A DNA stretch of 64,000 nucleotides from Thermodesulfobacteriota bacterium (GCA_036397855.1 DASWID010000030.1:1948-65947), one strand, 5' to 3'. Shown: positions 1 to 8,824, counted from the first letter of the stretch. Numbers and translations are program-made. The notes: generated from the sequence alone by a model not told the origin.

Positions 1-738
1 CCTTATGATGCAAAGGTTTGGCAATCAACTTGGCCGGAACTAATGAAAAATGTTATTGAAGCGTGTAAAACACATCGCGTAAAGTTAGTTTTTTTCGATA
101 ATGTGTATATGTATGACCCAAACTGTGTATCGCATTTAACTGAGGAAACACGGATAAATCCTTTGAGTAAGAAGGGAATGGTTAGAGCTCAGATTGCACA
201 AATGATTTTAGATGAAGTAGAAGCAGGGAATCTGCGGGCTCTGATAGCCAGATCTGCCGATTTTTATGGTCCTGATAATGATAAAAGTGTTTTGGGGGAG
301 ACCGTATTTAAAAACTTAAAAAATGGCAAAAAAGCAAATTGGCTCTGTTCCGTGAATTACAAACATTCTTTCACATTTACACCAGATGCCGGAAAGGCAA
401 CCGCTCTATTAGGTAATTCTGCTGAAGCATACAATCAGGTATGGCATTTACCAACCGCCAAAGCTCCTCTGACAGGTAAAGAATGGATTGCAGCGTTTGC
501 TAAAGAAATGAATTTAAATCCTAAATATCGGGTCGCGGGGAAAAATATGGTCCGATTACTGGGCTTGTTCGATCCATTGATGAAAGAGTTGGTTGAGATG
601 CTTTATCAATATGATCAAGACTACTGTTTTGATAGTAGTAAATTTGAAAGTCACTATGATTTAAGGCCAACACCATATCTTGAAGGTATAAGGCAAATTG
701 TAGAAAAAGAATATGACCAAAAAGACTCCACAAAGTGA
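1..738 (+). CDS. NAD(P)-dependent epimerase/dehydratase (SDR/NmrA-like), C-terminal part; CDS runs off the 5' window edge
   Basis: The frame is open from base 1 (PYDAKVWQSTWPELMKNVIEACK...) and stops at 738. Sequence has the extended-SDR C-terminal character (…ADFYGPDN…). Confidence 0.55.
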   Translation, partial: PYDAKVWQSTWPELMKNVIEACKTHRVKLVFFDNVYMYDPNCVSHLTEETRINPLSKKGMVRAQIAQMILDEVEAGNLRALIARSADFYGPDNDKSVLGETVFKNLKNGKKANWLCSVNYKHSFTFTPDAGKATALLGNSAEAYNQVWHLPTAKAPLTGKEWIAAFAKEMNLNPKYRVAGKNMVRLLGLFDPLMKELVEMLYQYDQDYCFDSSKFESHYDLRPTPYLEGIRQIVEKEYDQKDSTK

Positions 739-1093
739 AATGCATAAAAACAGCGATTGGAGCGCGACGGGAGGCTTTTGGGCGTTTGAAGAAGTTTACG
801 ACAGATGTTACATTCTGATGAGCAAAGGGGACCGATCGGTTTTCGCTGACGAATGCTTTCCACCGTTATCTTCGTAAATGGGGAGCCAGAAATTTCTTTT
901 TAAGCAGTTCCGCATTTCGGAAAGGCTCTGCGCTCACCAGAGGCAATTTCGATTTTCTTTATTGACATGAAATTAGGCTTGTTGTACCATGGAGAATACG
1001 GCGTTTGCAGCCTAATTAGTAGTTAGCAAGCGTTGGCGATACTGCATGCGCGGCGTCAACCGCACGCGTGATATGGTTCACGAGGAGGCTTAG
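739..1093 (+). repeat. Cassette-associated element copy 0 (hairpin/T-run + promoter TTGACA-N17-TACCAT + conserved leader 'tttgcagcctaattagtagttag')
   Basis: Aligns with copies at 1700, 2440, 3340, 4018, 6790 and 7975 ('ctttccaccgtt', 'ttgacatgaaattaggcttgttgta', 'gcagcctaatt'). Confidence 0.6.
963..991 (+). promoter_or_regulatory. Sigma70-like promoter of cassette 0 (TTGACA-17 nt-TACCAT)
   Basis: -35 and -10 hexamers at the same place as in the other element copies, with a 17-nt spacer 'tgaaattaggcttgttg'. Confidence 0.5.
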
Positions 1094-1474
1094 ATGAGTA
1101 AGGCGAAGAACCGCGCTACGATTGAGGCGCTGGTGGCGGCGATCAACGGGAGAGACCACGAGGCGCTCGACAAGGTGTTCACCGAGGATGTAGCGATGGA
1201 GTGGCCTCAGTCCGGTGAGCGGATCAACGGCGGTCAAAACCGACGTGAAATCTACAGCCGCTTTCCGTCGCTCCCCAAGGTCACACCGCGGCGGATAACC
1301 GGCAGTGGCGACGTCTGGGTGCTCGAGGCAAACCTCGACTACGGCGACGGTGAGCCGTACCCGTGCGTGTTCGTCTTCGAGATGCGGGGCGGTTTGATCG
1401 CCAAGGAGGTCGCCTACTGGACGAAGCCTTTCCCGGCACCCGCGTGGCGCGCCCCGTGGGTCGAGCGCATGTAG
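1094..1474 (+). CDS. SnoaL-like / NTF2-fold small protein (ketosteroid-isomerase-like); high-GC cassette ORF
   Basis: 126 aa with RBS 'gaggagg' upstream. ~63% GC against a ~40% host. SnoaL-like features (…DKVFTEDVAMEWPQSG… EVAYW…). Confidence 0.55.
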   Translation: MSKAKNRATIEALVAAINGRDHEALDKVFTEDVAMEWPQSGERINGGQNRREIYSRFPSLPKVTPRRITGSGDVWVLEANLDYGDGEPYPCVFVFEMRGGLIAKEVAYWTKPFPAPAWRAPWVERM

Positions 1475-1699
1475 AACCCGTACCGACGCCCCCTTACTTG
1501 CTTTTAGAGTGGCTGACAGTTTTTGGAGTAGTTAAATTACCGTCCGTCCTGAGCAGGGTCGAACGGCGTAATGGTTAATAATCTATAGGAAAGGATGCAT
1601 CCCTTGACCGAGCCTGGGATGGGTGTATTCATATCCGCCGTAGAAAATAGTCTGCTTAAATACAATTGGTATAACCCCTCATCCATGCGAACTAGCACT

Positions 1700-1952
1700 T
1701 TTTGGTGCCATTGAGTAGTGCTTGCGTCCTATGGTCTCACGAACCTGATCGAGAAGTTCCTTTCTGGGTGATTTTCGATTTCCTCATCTTGACCTGAAAT
1801 CAGGTTTCTTGTATTCTGAGTACTAATTAGATTAAGCGGTGATTTGCGGTATAACATCCGCCTTCTCGATGTTATCCTGGATTTCTCGAGGCTGAATATT
1901 AGTTAGCATGACCGGCATTATCTTTATTTACTGAGATTGTAAGGAGGAGACA
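1700..1952 (+). repeat. Cassette-associated element copy A
   Basis: Conserved 'tcctcatcttgacctgaaatcaggtttcttgtattct … gatttgcggtataacatcc … cctggatttctcgaggctgaatattagttag'. Confidence 0.65.
1789..1817 (+). promoter_or_regulatory. Sigma70-like promoter TTGACC-N17-TATTCT (cassette A)
   Basis: TTGACC at 1789-1794 and TATTCT at 1812-1817 with a 17-nt spacer. Confidence 0.55.
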
Positions 1953-2432
1953 ATGAATACATCACATCGAATAATAGCAGTAATCGTGGCAGTTGGGATG
2001 GGCTTGATGGCTTGGTTCCTTGCGCAGGCGCAGGAGGGCGGGCATATTTTGCTTAACTCGGCTGATATAAAGTGGGCTGACGCGCCGCCATCGATGTCAC
2101 CGGGCGCACAGATCGCTGTGATTGAAGGGGATTTGAAAAAAGCTGAGCCCTTCGCGTTCCGCCTTAAACTCCCCGCTAATTACAAGATTCCACCACACAC
2201 CCATCCGGCTATAGAACACGTGACCGTTCTCTCCGGAACTTTCTACATGGGGGCTGGAGATCAACTCGATCAGGAGAAAGCCATAGCTTTGACACCCGGC
2301 AGTTTCGCAGCGTTTCAACCGGGGCACAGTATGTTTGCCTGGACTGAGGAAGAAACTGTAATCCAGGTGCATGGGGTTGGTCCGTGGGGGATCGATTACA
2401 TTAGCCCGGCGGACGATCCGAGAAAGAAATAA
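1953..2432 (+). CDS. Cupin-domain protein with N-terminal signal peptide or membrane anchor
   Basis: 159 aa with RBS 'aggagga'. Hydrophobic N-terminus. Cupin motifs (HTHPAIEHVTVLSGTFYMG … HGVGPWG). Confidence 0.6.
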   Translation: MNTSHRIIAVIVAVGMGLMAWFLAQAQEGGHILLNSADIKWADAPPSMSPGAQIAVIEGDLKKAEPFAFRLKLPANYKIPPHTHPAIEHVTVLSGTFYMGAGDQLDQEKAIALTPGSFAAFQPGHSMFAWTEEETVIQVHGVGPWGIDYISPADDPRKK

Positions 2433-2439
2433 CCAGAAG

Positions 2440-2681
2440 AAAAAGGGTAAGGCACCCCTTTTTCGTTGAAGATTGATGTCCACGAGTAGCTTCACCGTTG
2501 GAGAGGCAGAAGTTTCTTTTTGGGGCTGTTTTCGTTCTCCTCTTCTTGACCTGAAATTATGTCATTTATATACTGTGGGTAATCATTGGGATAAGCAATC
2601 ATTTGCAGTAAATATTACTTTTGGTAAATATAGTGCATTATTACTGATTAATTAATAGTTAGGAGCTAGAGAAACTTTTAA
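2440..2681 (+). repeat. Cassette-associated element copy B
   Basis: 'cacccctttttcgttgaagattgatgtccacgagtagcttcaccgttgga … tcctcttcttgacctgaaat'. Confidence 0.65.
2546..2574 (+). promoter_or_regulatory. Sigma70-like promoter TTGACC-N17-TATACT (cassette B)
   Basis: Same position within the element as in the other copies. Confidence 0.5.
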
Positions 2682-3182
2682 ATGGAAGGTCTAATAACAT
2701 TCGTGGTTGGAGTTGCTGTTGGCATCTTGGGGTACTCCATCACCATGAAAGTCAGTTTTAAGCAACGCACGATAGACTACAAAATACGCGTGTATGATGT
2801 CCTGATAGGCAAGTGGGTCCAAATGCGGAACCACATTTATGCTCACCACCCAGGAAACTCATCTGATAATGTCTCGTCACAGGTGATCTACCAGTTTGAT
2901 CAAATGTATGGAGAATCACAGCAGCTCATAGGTGAAGCGATACTTGTGTGCGAAGATGCTGTACTGACGAACGATATAAATGAATTAAACGAGCGAATGT
3001 ATAGAACTAAATGGCACAATCTTCCTTTGGAGCAACTGAATGAGGCTATGGAGTCGATAAAGAAGGATGCCATTTCAATTGTCTCGAGGATGAGAGAAGA
3101 CATAAAAGAAAGTACAAGATTGGAGCTGCGCGACTTCGCACATATCGCGTCTGGGTTTTGGCATAAACGGCACGATAGTTAA
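2682..3182 (+). CDS. Hypothetical protein with N-terminal transmembrane helix
   Basis: 166 aa, ORF starts directly after the element. N-terminus 'GLITFVVGVAVGILGYSI'. No recognisable domain. Confidence 0.4.
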   Translation: MEGLITFVVGVAVGILGYSITMKVSFKQRTIDYKIRVYDVLIGKWVQMRNHIYAHHPGNSSDNVSSQVIYQFDQMYGESQQLIGEAILVCEDAVLTNDINELNERMYRTKWHNLPLEQLNEAMESIKKDAISIVSRMREDIKESTRLELRDFAHIASGFWHKRHDS

Positions 3183-3339
3183 GATAAAAACGTCATTTGA
3201 AGTTCACGCCCGAGGTACCCCGAAAATGCTGGAGTTGATTGCTGACTAACTAGATGAGATAAATGTTTTGATCAAAGTAGGTAGAAAGATCGCGACAAAA
3301 TTGAACAACCCATCTACTCGACACGGTCGTCACTACTCA

Positions 3340-3522
3340 GAAGGAAGTGCCGCTTTGGGTGGTTTTTCCATCTCCTCTTCTGGAACTGAAAATAAGTTCT
3401 TTGTATTCTAAGAGCTAATTTGATTGGGCGACGATTTGCGGTATAACTTCCCTGTTTGGATATTATTCTGCATTTTTGCAGGCTAATTATTAAATGTGTC
3501 AATTGAATAAGGAGAGATTTGA
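3340..3522 (+). repeat. Cassette-associated element copy C (degenerate -35)
   Basis: 'tctcctcttctggaactgaaaataagttctttgtattctaagagctaatttgattgggcgacgatttgcggtataacttcc … ctgcatttttgcaggctaatt'. Confidence 0.6.
3381..3409 (+). promoter_or_regulatory. Promoter-like region (TGGAAC-N17-TATTCT), weak -35
   Basis: Position is homologous to the promoter of the other copies. Confidence 0.35.
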
Positions 3523-3831
3523 ATGTTAGAGCTGCGACCTACTTGTGAGCATTGCAATAAGAACTTACCACCGGTTTCTACTGAAGCAATGATTTGCAGC
3601 TATGAATGTACTTTTTGCAAAGACTGCGTTGATGAAGTTTTAGAAGATGTGTGTCCAAATTGTGGTGGCGGTTTTTGTCCAAGGCCAATAAGGCCGAGTA
3701 ATAATCTGAAAGATGATAATTACCTGGGCAAAGACCCGGCTTCCACAAAAGTTAGACATAAGCCGGTGAACATAGAAGTCCATCGTGAATTTTCCCAGAG
3801 CATTAAGAATGTGCCGCCACACGAGCGTTAA
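3523..3831 (+). CDS. DUF1272-like cysteine-rich zinc-ribbon protein
   Basis: 102 aa, 'LELRPTCEHCNKNLPP…EAMICSYECTFCKDC…CPNCGGGFCPRPIRP', matching my memory of the DUF1272 signature. RBS 'aaggagag'. Confidence 0.55.
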   Translation: MLELRPTCEHCNKNLPPVSTEAMICSYECTFCKDCVDEVLEDVCPNCGGGFCPRPIRPSNNLKDDNYLGKDPASTKVRHKPVNIEVHREFSQSIKNVPPHER

Positions 3832-4017
3832 ACACATAACAATCGGCTGCCCGCAGACTCGATTAGCTCGACGCCGTGTCGGCCACTTGCTCGGCTGTCC
3901 CGTGAATTGTCGCGACATCTCCCTGGTTCCGTCTTAGCACGAGTTCTGCAGCGAGCCGTCCGGTCTCCGCCGCCGCATTCATGAACCCGCGCGAAAAGGT
4001 CGATGGGATTGGGTGAA

Positions 4018-4345
4018 ATGAAATGCACCCCTTTTTCGTTGAAGATTACTTTGCACGAGTAACTTCACCGTTGGATGGGCAGATAATTTCCTAAATTGGT
4101 GAATTTCTATTTCCTCTCCTTGACCTGAAATTAGGCTTGTTGTATCCTGACTACTAGTACATTTAAGCAATGATTTGCAGTATAACATCCTTTTTGCATG
4201 TTGTGCTTGGTCTTTGCTTGCTAATTATAATTAGGATTCTAGGATCTTCTACATGGCAATCATCGCATGCCTGGGGTGGGGTTCTCTTGTATGAGATCCC
4301 CAAGGGCTCCCGGTTCATCGTCAGTGGTTTGCTGATGGCCCGTTT
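4018..4345 (+). repeat. Cassette-associated element copy D
   Basis: 'cacccctttttcgttgaagattactttgcacgagtaacttcaccgttgga … ttgacctgaaattaggcttgttgtatcct … gatttgcagtataacatcc'. Confidence 0.65.
4120..4148 (+). promoter_or_regulatory. Sigma70-like promoter TTGACC-N17-TATCCT (cassette D)
   Basis: 17-nt spacer 'tgaaattaggcttgttg', identical to the copy-0 spacer. Confidence 0.5.
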
Positions 4346-4819
4346 GTGAAGGTGGAATTTGTGCGCCAGTCAGACGACGGCCGAATTACGCTGGTTCTGG
4401 ACGATGTTGCTTCACCGGTGCGCTCGCTTTGGGCAGTGATGGATGATTCCGATCTGGGAGCCGCTCGAGAAGCACTTCGCAAGCGTGAACGAATTCCCGG
4501 TAACAACTCGACGCATATCGGGTCATGGTCTCAGGGAGATAACGCCCCTGAGTTGATTCTTGATCTTCCCGAATGGGTGGCATCACGTGGAGTGCGGTCG
4601 GTCATATGGTCTGCTTTACCGTCAAAATTTGAAGGTAAGAACGGACAAACCCCAACGTGTGAGCAAGTGCTTCGATATCTCAGCGGGCTGACTGGAGCAC
4701 TCCGTGATGCAGCCGAGCGCTACGTTAGCTTGGCGCCTCGCCAAATTGACACGCTGTACCGGCGTCGAATAGAAGCAGTACTTCAATGGACACCGCAGGG
4801 TCCAAACTTTGGGTCATGA
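4346..4819 (+). CDS. Hypothetical protein (GC-rich cassette ORF)
   Basis: 157 aa, ~57% GC, no recognisable family. The start may be GTG. Confidence 0.4.
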   Translation: MKVEFVRQSDDGRITLVLDDVASPVRSLWAVMDDSDLGAAREALRKRERIPGNNSTHIGSWSQGDNAPELILDLPEWVASRGVRSVIWSALPSKFEGKNGQTPTCEQVLRYLSGLTGALRDAAERYVSLAPRQIDTLYRRRIEAVLQWTPQGPNFGS

Positions 4820-5105
4820 TGCGGTTGTGGCTCTATTAATTAGTTAACGCATCGGTTAAGTTACTCGTTAGATCACGTAGATCGGTATGAAGTTTACGAT
4901 AAGGTCTTTAATGGTGGATTTTTGGTTTACAATCAATCCCACCATTTTACAAAGCCTAATATTTCAAGGGTTCATCCTAATTTTCTTCCTTGAGTTTGAA
5001 TCCATCGGTAAAATGAATTAACAGGTTTTTAAGCTTATTAATATCAAGCGATATAGATCACTTAAACGGAAACTGGTAAAGCACTGTATAGGAGATGTTG
5101 GATCC

Positions 5106-6728
5106 TTACTCGAACTTTAAACCCCAGAAGTCCTTGAACCTTTCATCAAGAAAACGGTTTCTTAATTTGCTGCCCTTAATTTTTTGAACGACAGATAAGA
5201 ATCCTTCGCTTGAATTGTTCTTTAGGGTGGAGAAAACATCCTCTAATTCAATCTTATCGATCATCTCATCAAACAGTTCCAATTCTTCAATATTTATAAG
5301 AAGTATATGAAAATCTTTCAAACCGTTAAGATGTTTATCTCTCTCTACATTTTCAAGCGCGTCTTTTATCCATGATTCATACAACGAACTAGATACGAAT
5401 GGCATGTCCATAAAAACTATACAGGGAAATACCTTTTTGTTTTTGAATTGGCTAAACTCATTATAATATTTCGGAATATCTTCTACCCTTTTGAAAATCT
5501 GCTCTATCGCATCTACAATTTTTTTGATCTCTCCTTTCACTATAAGTTCTTTATCGCCGGTCTGTCTACTTAGTAAAGCAAACTGGTTAGCCTTTGCCTC
5601 AAATAGATAGATTTTGTCTCCTCTTTCGACCCACCAGTCAACAAATTTACCTTTAGGATAATCTAACTCTGGGTGAACATTCTGCTCTCCATAGATTCCC
5701 TTTAAGATAACCCCTACATATTCTTGAAAGACATACCCGAAATAGTTTCTAAATTCTTGTTGTTGAGCTTTATCTTCAAAATAGCGATGAAATAACCAAT
5801 AAATCCCCCCAAAAGCTTTTCTAACATACGCAGACGCATTTGGCACAACAAACGGATCACCACGATGCTTTGCATCGGTTTCTATAATTGGATAAACCAA
5901 TAACGGATTAAACCTCGTCTTTGTAAAAATTGGATTCAGGTTTGCATTAAAGCGGACATCTTCGCTTTTGAAACTTTTGTAATCCGCTTTTAATATATTG
6001 AGGAAGTTATTAATTTTTTCTTCGATCAGGACATCCTTTAATTGAGGTATGTCGGCCTTAGTGAACATTGGGATGCTGAAAGTCGCTGTTCTCTTGGAGC
6101 CAGCAGCCACTGCCGTAGCGATTAGGAGATAATCGTTTATTCTTAAGCTTGTTTCCATTTCGAAAATAAGGGATAAATTTTCGAATTTCCCAGGAAGTAT
6201 TTTTTTGACCAAGTCATTAAAGATAACAAACGTTCTTGCCATCATATAAATGGGTAAGAATTGGTATTCCATTTGCTCGAAGTGAAGTCGTATCATCAAA
6301 GATCGGACCTTATCTTCGTTAGTGATTTCATAGGTTTCGGTATGCTCTGGTTGTGTGAGTGAGTTATTATAGATATTGCATAAAGCAAGCCAATTATCTT
6401 TTTCGTGTATATATTTTGATTTGTGATCATTGGCTCCAGAAATAAGCAAAAGATTCGCCAAGTAGGCCAAGGCAAATTGGCTTATTATTATCCCCGTGTT
6501 TTGTTCTCTATGAGCAGCGATGCCAATGTTATTTGGGTCCCCGCTATTGAATATGTAAATAGAAGCTTTGCCCAGAGTAATGATTCCGCCTCGCAGATTA
6601 TATCTCCTTAAAACAGTCTTCAGTTCTTCTTCAGACACTGAGCCCTCCGGTCTATTACCAAGTTCAGCAATATCGCTATCACAAGGTATTGTTATTATTT
6701 CTGGGATCATAGTGTGATTTTTCATCAA
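5106..6728 (-). CDS. Large hypothetical protein (540 aa) with a possible C-terminal PD-(D/E)xK-like nuclease motif; opposite orientation inside the cassette array
   Basis: Long AT-rich ORF (~36% GC). Segment '…FVDWWVERGDKIYLFEAKANQF…' has a D…E-A-K arrangement compatible with a restriction-endonuclease-like fold. No other recognisable domains. Confidence 0.5.
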   Translation of the reverse strand: MMKNHTMIPEIITIPCDSDIAELGNRPEGSVSEEELKTVLRRYNLRGGIITLGKASIYIFNSGDPNNIGIAAHREQNTGIIISQFALAYLANLLLISGANDHKSKYIHEKDNWLALCNIYNNSLTQPEHTETYEITNEDKVRSLMIRLHFEQMEYQFLPIYMMARTFVIFNDLVKKILPGKFENLSLIFEMETSLRINDYLLIATAVAAGSKRTATFSIPMFTKADIPQLKDVLIEEKINNFLNILKADYKSFKSEDVRFNANLNPIFTKTRFNPLLVYPIIETDAKHRGDPFVVPNASAYVRKAFGGIYWLFHRYFEDKAQQQEFRNYFGYVFQEYVGVILKGIYGEQNVHPELDYPKGKFVDWWVERGDKIYLFEAKANQFALLSRQTGDKELIVKGEIKKIVDAIEQIFKRVEDIPKYYNEFSQFKNKKVFPCIVFMDMPFVSSSLYESWIKDALENVERDKHLNGLKDFHILLINIEELELFDEMIDKIELEDVFSTLKNNSSEGFLSVVQKIKGSKLRNRFLDERFKDFWGLKFE

Positions 6729-6789
6729 ACCGTATTTCTAAGTTATTTTTTGTGAGTCTTTCTATATTTTACTCAATATATAAAGAAAG

Positions 6790-6952
6790 ACGGAAAAAGA
6801 ACGCATCACTTTTTCGTCGAAGAATGCCTTCACTGGTAGCTTCGCCATTCGAGAGGCAGAAGTGTCTTTGGTGTGTTTTCCATTTCTTCTTCTTGACCTG
6901 AAAATAGGTTTTCAGTATTCTAGGTGCAGTATTAGATGCGAGGATTATCCTG
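6790..6952 (+). repeat. Cassette-associated element copy E (short leader)
   Basis: 'catcactttttcgtcgaagaatgccttcactggtagcttcgccattcgagagg … ttcttcttgacctgaaaataggttttcagtattct'. Confidence 0.65.
6892..6920 (+). promoter_or_regulatory. Sigma70-like promoter TTGACC-N17-TATTCT (cassette E)
   Basis: Exact hexamers with a 17-nt spacer. Confidence 0.55.
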
Positions 6953-7891
6953 ATGCTAAAAGGAGCTTCAGAAAACGAAACATGGCCGAGTCTCCCTTTA
7001 GATGAGTGGAAAGAGACGTGTGCCACGCTGCACATGTGGTTCCAGATGGTCGGGAAGATTCGGCTGGCCCAGAGTCCTTGGGTTAACCATTCTTGGAACG
7101 TCACCCTCTACGTGACCGCCCGTGGCCTCACTACTTCCCCCATTCCCTATGGAACGAGGACCTTTCAGATTGATTTCGATTTTACTGATCACAAGCTATT
7201 AATTCAGTCCAGCGACGGTAGAGCTGGCTCCATTCTCCTTCGACCCTGCTCCGTCGCGGCGTTTTATAGGAAGCTCATGGAAGAGCTGAATAAGCTCGAT
7301 TTGCATCTCAAGATCAACACGAAACCAAACGAAATGCCGGACCCGATTCCCTTCGACCAGGATGAGGTGCATGCTTCGTATGATCCCGACTACGCCAACC
7401 GCTTTTGGCAGGTGCTCTTACAGTCCGATCGGGTCTTCAAACAGTTTCGAGGCCATTTCATCGGCAAGTGCAGCCCCGTCCATTTCTTCTGGGGTGCCCT
7501 CGATCTTGCTGTAACGCGGTTCTCCGGACGACCGGCACCAGAGCATCCCGGGGGAATACCCCATCTTCCCGACGCCGTAACCCGAGAGGCGTATTCACAT
7601 GAGGTCAGCAGTTGCGGATTCTGGCCAGGGGGTGGCGCGATATCATATCCTGCCTTCTACTCATACGCTTACCCGGAGCCTCACGGCTTCGCCGAAGCCG
7701 CTGTCAAACCCGGCATCGCTTTCTACAGCAGTGACTTTCGTGAATTTCTGCTTCCGTATGATGCAGTTAGAACATCCGAGTCACCCGACGACACGCTTCT
7801 TGAGTTTCTGCAGACTACGTATGACGCCGCGGCCAATTTGGGAGGCTGGGATCGTAAATCCCTGGAGCGTAGCGATACCTTGCAAGGCTAG
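6953..7891 (+). CDS. Hypothetical protein (312 aa, GC-rich cassette ORF; possibly DUF5996-like)
   Basis: ~57% GC. 'WPSLPLDEWKETCATLHMWFQMVGKIRLAQSPWVNHSWNVTLYVTARG'. The family assignment is from memory only. Confidence 0.45.
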   Translation: MLKGASENETWPSLPLDEWKETCATLHMWFQMVGKIRLAQSPWVNHSWNVTLYVTARGLTTSPIPYGTRTFQIDFDFTDHKLLIQSSDGRAGSILLRPCSVAAFYRKLMEELNKLDLHLKINTKPNEMPDPIPFDQDEVHASYDPDYANRFWQVLLQSDRVFKQFRGHFIGKCSPVHFFWGALDLAVTRFSGRPAPEHPGGIPHLPDAVTREAYSHEVSSCGFWPGGGAISYPAFYSYAYPEPHGFAEAAVKPGIAFYSSDFREFLLPYDAVRTSESPDDTLLEFLQTTYDAAANLGGWDRKSLERSDTLQG

Positions 7892-7974
7892 ACCTAATCT
7901 AAGGCGCTAAAATACATTTAGGGTTAAGCATTTAGTTCCTATTTATCGCATCGACGCTATCAGGAAAGGAGGTG

Positions 7975-8233
7975 CACTCCCTTTTTCGTTGAAGATTACT
8001 TCCCACGAGTAGCTTCGCGGACAGCACAATAAGTTTCCTTTTTGGGAGTCACAGTGGCTTAATACAGGTGGTTTTCCATTTCCTCTTCTTGACCTGAAAT
8101 CAGGATTTTTGTATTCTAGTTTTTAGTCAGATTAGGCAATGATTTGCAGAATAGCATCTCGTTTTGGTTATTATCCTGCATTTTTGCTGTCTAATTCGTA
8201 GTTATAGGGATTGAGAAGAAATGCAGGGATGAC
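7975..8233 (+). repeat. Cassette-associated element copy F
   Basis: 'cactccctttttcgttgaagattacttcccacgagtagcttcgcgg … ttgacctgaaatcaggatttttgtattct … gatttgcagaatagcatct … cctgcatttttgctgtctaatt'. Confidence 0.65.
8089..8117 (+). promoter_or_regulatory. Sigma70-like promoter TTGACC-N17-TATTCT (cassette F)
   Basis: Exact hexamers with a 17-nt spacer. Confidence 0.55.
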
Positions 8234-8824
8234 ATGAGTGTAACAGAATATTTGCTTATCGATTTTGAAAATGTTCGGCCTGATGGAATCCCTGCGATTC
8301 ATGAAAATCAAAACGTGTTTATTTTCGCGGGAGATAACCAGAATAAAATTGATTATGACCTGGTTAGAGCGACCCAGCCCTACGGAAATCGGGTTCAATG
8401 GATCAAAATTAAGGGAAGTGGGAGAAATGCCCTTGATTTTCATATTTCCTTTTATCTTGGGAAGTTATCTGCTATTCATAAGCAAGCATCGTTTTTCATA
8501 TTATCCAAAGATAAAGGTTTTGATCCGCTCATGAGGTATTTGGAAAAATCCGGAATACAATGTAAGAGAATAACTCAATTACAGGATTTTATAACAGGCA
8601 AGAAGGAGGTGGATGATGACAGTATATTTGCAAAGATACTTAGGATGCTGCTTAAGATTGATCTGACAAGAAGGCCAAAAAGAATTCGAACATTGAAGGC
8701 ATTTATCGGATCAAGGAATAAAATGGATAGTGTTAAAGTCGATAAAATTATAAAAAGATTGGCCGACGAGGAAATAATCATTTTGAATGAAGAAAAAGTG
8801 TCTTATCCGGCCGGACAAAAATGA
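8234..8824 (+). CDS. NYN/PIN-like (LabA-like) domain protein
   Basis: 196 aa. Motifs 'YLLIDFENVRP', 'SGRNALDFHI' and 'ILSKDKGFDPL' resemble NYN catalytic-core positions. Confidence 0.5.
   Translation: MSVTEYLLIDFENVRPDGIPAIHENQNVFIFAGDNQNKIDYDLVRATQPYGNRVQWIKIKGSGRNALDFHISFYLGKLSAIHKQASFFILSKDKGFDPLMRYLEKSGIQCKRITQLQDFITGKKEVDDDSIFAKILRMLLKIDLTRRPKRIRTLKAFIGSRNKMDSVKVDKIIKRLADEEIIILNEEKVSYPAGQK

Noticed and set aside
521-863. Minus-strand ORFs 521-745 and 654-863
   Set aside because: They overlap the well-supported +strand epimerase CDS and the first intergenic element and have no RBS. They look like antisense artefacts.
2097-2495. 132-aa minus-strand ORF antisense to the cupin gene
   Set aside because: Fully overlaps a better-supported +strand gene that has an RBS and a signal peptide. 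Spurious.
3640-3918. 92-aa minus-strand ORF overlapping the DUF1272 gene and the GC-rich fragment
   Set aside because: Antisense to a conserved-family gene. Its 3' part is in the GC-rich remnant, where ORFs are expected by chance.
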